In this document: positions 29,944 through 32,000 of the stretch, one piece after another
Numbering within the stretch: the stretch's first letter is position 1
How the letters are laid out: every line of letters starts with the position of its first letter
DNA from: Wallemia ichthyophaga EXF-994
Taxonomy: Eukaryota > Fungi > Basidiomycota
Direction of reading: 5' to 3'
Assembly: GCF_000400465.1 (NCBI RefSeq)
Contig: NW_008806274.1
Span: forward strand, 120,244 to 152,243
DNA: 32,000 nt
Position numbers and translations under genes: made by a program
The notes under the pieces: generated by a model
What the model was told of the DNA's origin: nothing
Seen by the model: only the letters and a program-made list of their open reading frames with translations
Database searches by the model: none

Positions 29944-32000
29944 TCATGCGGCTTTGGATACTTTTATAAACTCTGTAAATGCTCTCTTGAACACCTTGGG
30001 CTCGTCTGTTGAGATGTGGTTTGTAAGTTCGACTGCAATGTGGTCAGGACACCCAATTGAAGGTAAATAAATGCTTCTGAGATAGTTCAAAAGTTCATCA
30101 CCACGACTCAAGTACGCCTGTCTAAGTAGGAGTGCAATTTCACCGAGGACCTGATAGTGATTGGTTGGGTTAGATTGGTGCACCGATAAAAGCTCACTCA
30201 ACTCACAACATTAGATTGACCATCTTTCAAGTTGAATGTTGGCTTGGCAGGTACTTCAAATGCCAATTTGATGAATTGTTGGTAGATAAACTCTTCGAAA
30301 CCACTCAAAGGCATTGGAGCCGGGCTGATTTGTACGACGTTTTGGGCGGGTAAAACTTTCAGATCATTTTGCACTTGCTCAATAGTGCCGTAGCAGAAGA
30401 TAATCTTTGCGACGTTGTTGAAAGCGATTCTTTGTGTAGGTGGAGCACAATCTCGAGCAAATTGACATACAGATTCAAGAATTTGAACAAATCTCCCTCT
30501 GTTCTCATCAGAAATGAACACACCTTGAAGTCCAGCTGAAAGTATGGTACCGATAAAATTAAGGTAGCTCTTTTCCATCTCTGTTCTGTTAAGTTCATCA
30601 TCAGTACCAGATATCTGCATTGATAAGAATGAAAAGACCCTATCAATAATAGGTTGTAGAATAGAGTTAAGAATTGAAAAGACTTGTGATTTTAGCTTGT
30701 GCACTAACATATTCAAGAAAGTCAAGAAGTCACTCAACTCGTTCATTTCAAGTCTACCAAGTAAACCATTTACGAACGCAGGTACGTGATTCAAGATGGC
30801 AAAGCCAGTAGAGCTGACAATCTGGGCAAAAGTGAATCGGGAAGCATCTCTGATAACTTTATATTGAGACATCTGATCCAAGACAACAAAGATTGCTTGT
30901 GTGGATTGGACAAATGGTTCAGAGTATGGGGGTGGTGGTTGGTCTAGCGAAGATGATTGTTGTATTAATGATGGTTCAGGTAAACCTTTAGCTAGATGTC
31001 CAATAGCCAAAATGGTATGGTGTACGTTGAGAATGTTCTCAACTTGATCTGGTGAGGATTGTAGAGATTGTTGAAGAGATGCTAATAATGGCTGTATTAT
31101 TTGATTCAAATAGTTTACTTGATTTGTTGGTATGTCACTGAGTTTAGCTAGAATACATCCAATGGCTTCATAAAGGTTGAGTTGATAGTGGAATAAGCCT
31201 ATAGTGTTTACCGATTTGCTTAAAACATCTTGATAGCTATCACCTTGTTCAAGTGGCAAAACGTCGACTGATAGTACTAGTAAATCCGTGATAGATTCAA
31301 GCAACTTTGGCACAAAGTTGGCTGGAATAAATCTTCTAGCTAGCATTGTGAATCGTTGGAAGAGATAAAAGTTTCTCGCTTTCACATTGAGTGACTGGTT
31401 GTGTATACCTCTGTCACCGACAAATGCAGATAAGATTGGATCTATCAATTCTTTTCGTGCAAACAGTATATCAACGTATCTCACTATCATCTCAAAGTAC
31501 TGGAGATTGACTGCGGGGTGTGGATGATTGCTGATACCTGAGTCAACAACAGTTTGTACTAGTTGACCAAGTGGTGTGTAAGGCTTTTCGTCGTACTTGA
31601 TTTTGTAGTTGTTCGCATCCTTTTTTGCTGACTGTCTCTCATCTTCTGATACGTGCACAAACGCCTGCACCGTATTACCTGATTGAATAGCTTCAGCGAA
31701 CAGAAAAACTATATAAAGCACCAATTCCGCTTGATACCAAGGAACAGAATCCGGTCCAGAGCTGGTGCATTGAGTGAGTGTTTGGTTGATGAGAGATACG
31801 ACTGTCGAAGTCCACAGCTCTTGGTCCAGTTGACAGACAGAATCGAATGTTGATCTTAACACTCTGCGAATTTCGTACAGCTCATGACGGTCGTCGTCGA
31901 CATCCTCACCAAGACCACCGAAACCCCATTCAACATCCTCATTCCACTGCATTTTTTGCATAACAGTTGGCAACAATTGACTAAAGAATTCTCTGGTTGG
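29944..32000 (-). CDS. LOS1: Exportin-T (tRNA export receptor), 3' part; the gene continues beyond the window
   Basis: KMQWNEDVEW, ELVLYIVFLFAE, HPHPAVNLQYFEMIVRY, FVGDRGIH, NLYEAIG, LFEVPAKPTFNLKDGQSNV|VLGEIALL. Intron 30206-30151; final exon ends at stop 29944 (AFTEF). Confidence 0.92.

Noticed and set aside
29693-30070. 125-aa hydrophobic plus-strand ORF
   Set aside because: It spans AT-rich convergent 3'UTRs and the antisense LOS1 tail; the hydrophobicity reflects T-richness.
1-32000. Transposons, CRISPR arrays, rRNA or tRNA genes
   Set aside because: I saw no transposase or RT ORFs, terminal repeats, spacer arrays or cloverleaf/rRNA signatures. All repeats lie inside protein-coding low-complexity regions. 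A tRNAscan-SE/Infernal run would be needed to exclude small RNAs formally.

Overview
This is eukaryotic nuclear DNA from an extremely compact fungal genome. The protein families, GT..AG introns of about 42-58 nt with CTAAC/CTGAC branch sites, and near-absent intergenic space suggest a basidiomycete. Wallemia is my best guess, an inference I could not verify here. I reconstruct 24 protein-coding genes, in order: SWD2(+), NAD-dependent epimerase(-), DUF4604-like(+), CTF8(+, missed by the ORF track), MFS-1(-), MFS-2(+), B-type cyclin(-), MON2(-, apparently C-terminally truncated), DNAJC8/SPF31(+), esterase-like pseudoenzyme(-), REX2(+), YKT6(+), MED19(-), ERG28(+), NUP159(-), ICln/LOT5(+), GEP4(-), THOC5(+), MED22(-), NDUFAF7(+), a cryptic 59-aa C4 zinc-ribbon gene(-), an F-box-like gene(+), a C2H2/polyQ transcription factor(+) and LOS1(-, running off the window end). 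I recognised no rRNA, tRNA, transposon or CRISPR features. The most unusual observations are: (1) the CTF8 start codon overlaps the upstream gene's stop codon as ATGA, a possible cellular stop-restart dicistron; (2) a five-gene block has almost no intergenic DNA, including head-to-head GEP4/THOC5 start codons that touch or overlap (CATCATG) and stop codons 1 nt apart; (3) Nup159 carries two RanBP2-type zinc fingers followed by FxFG repeats; (4) Mon2 ends just before its C-terminal domain; (5) strand alternation is strong. All exon coordinates were read by hand and may be off by a few bases.
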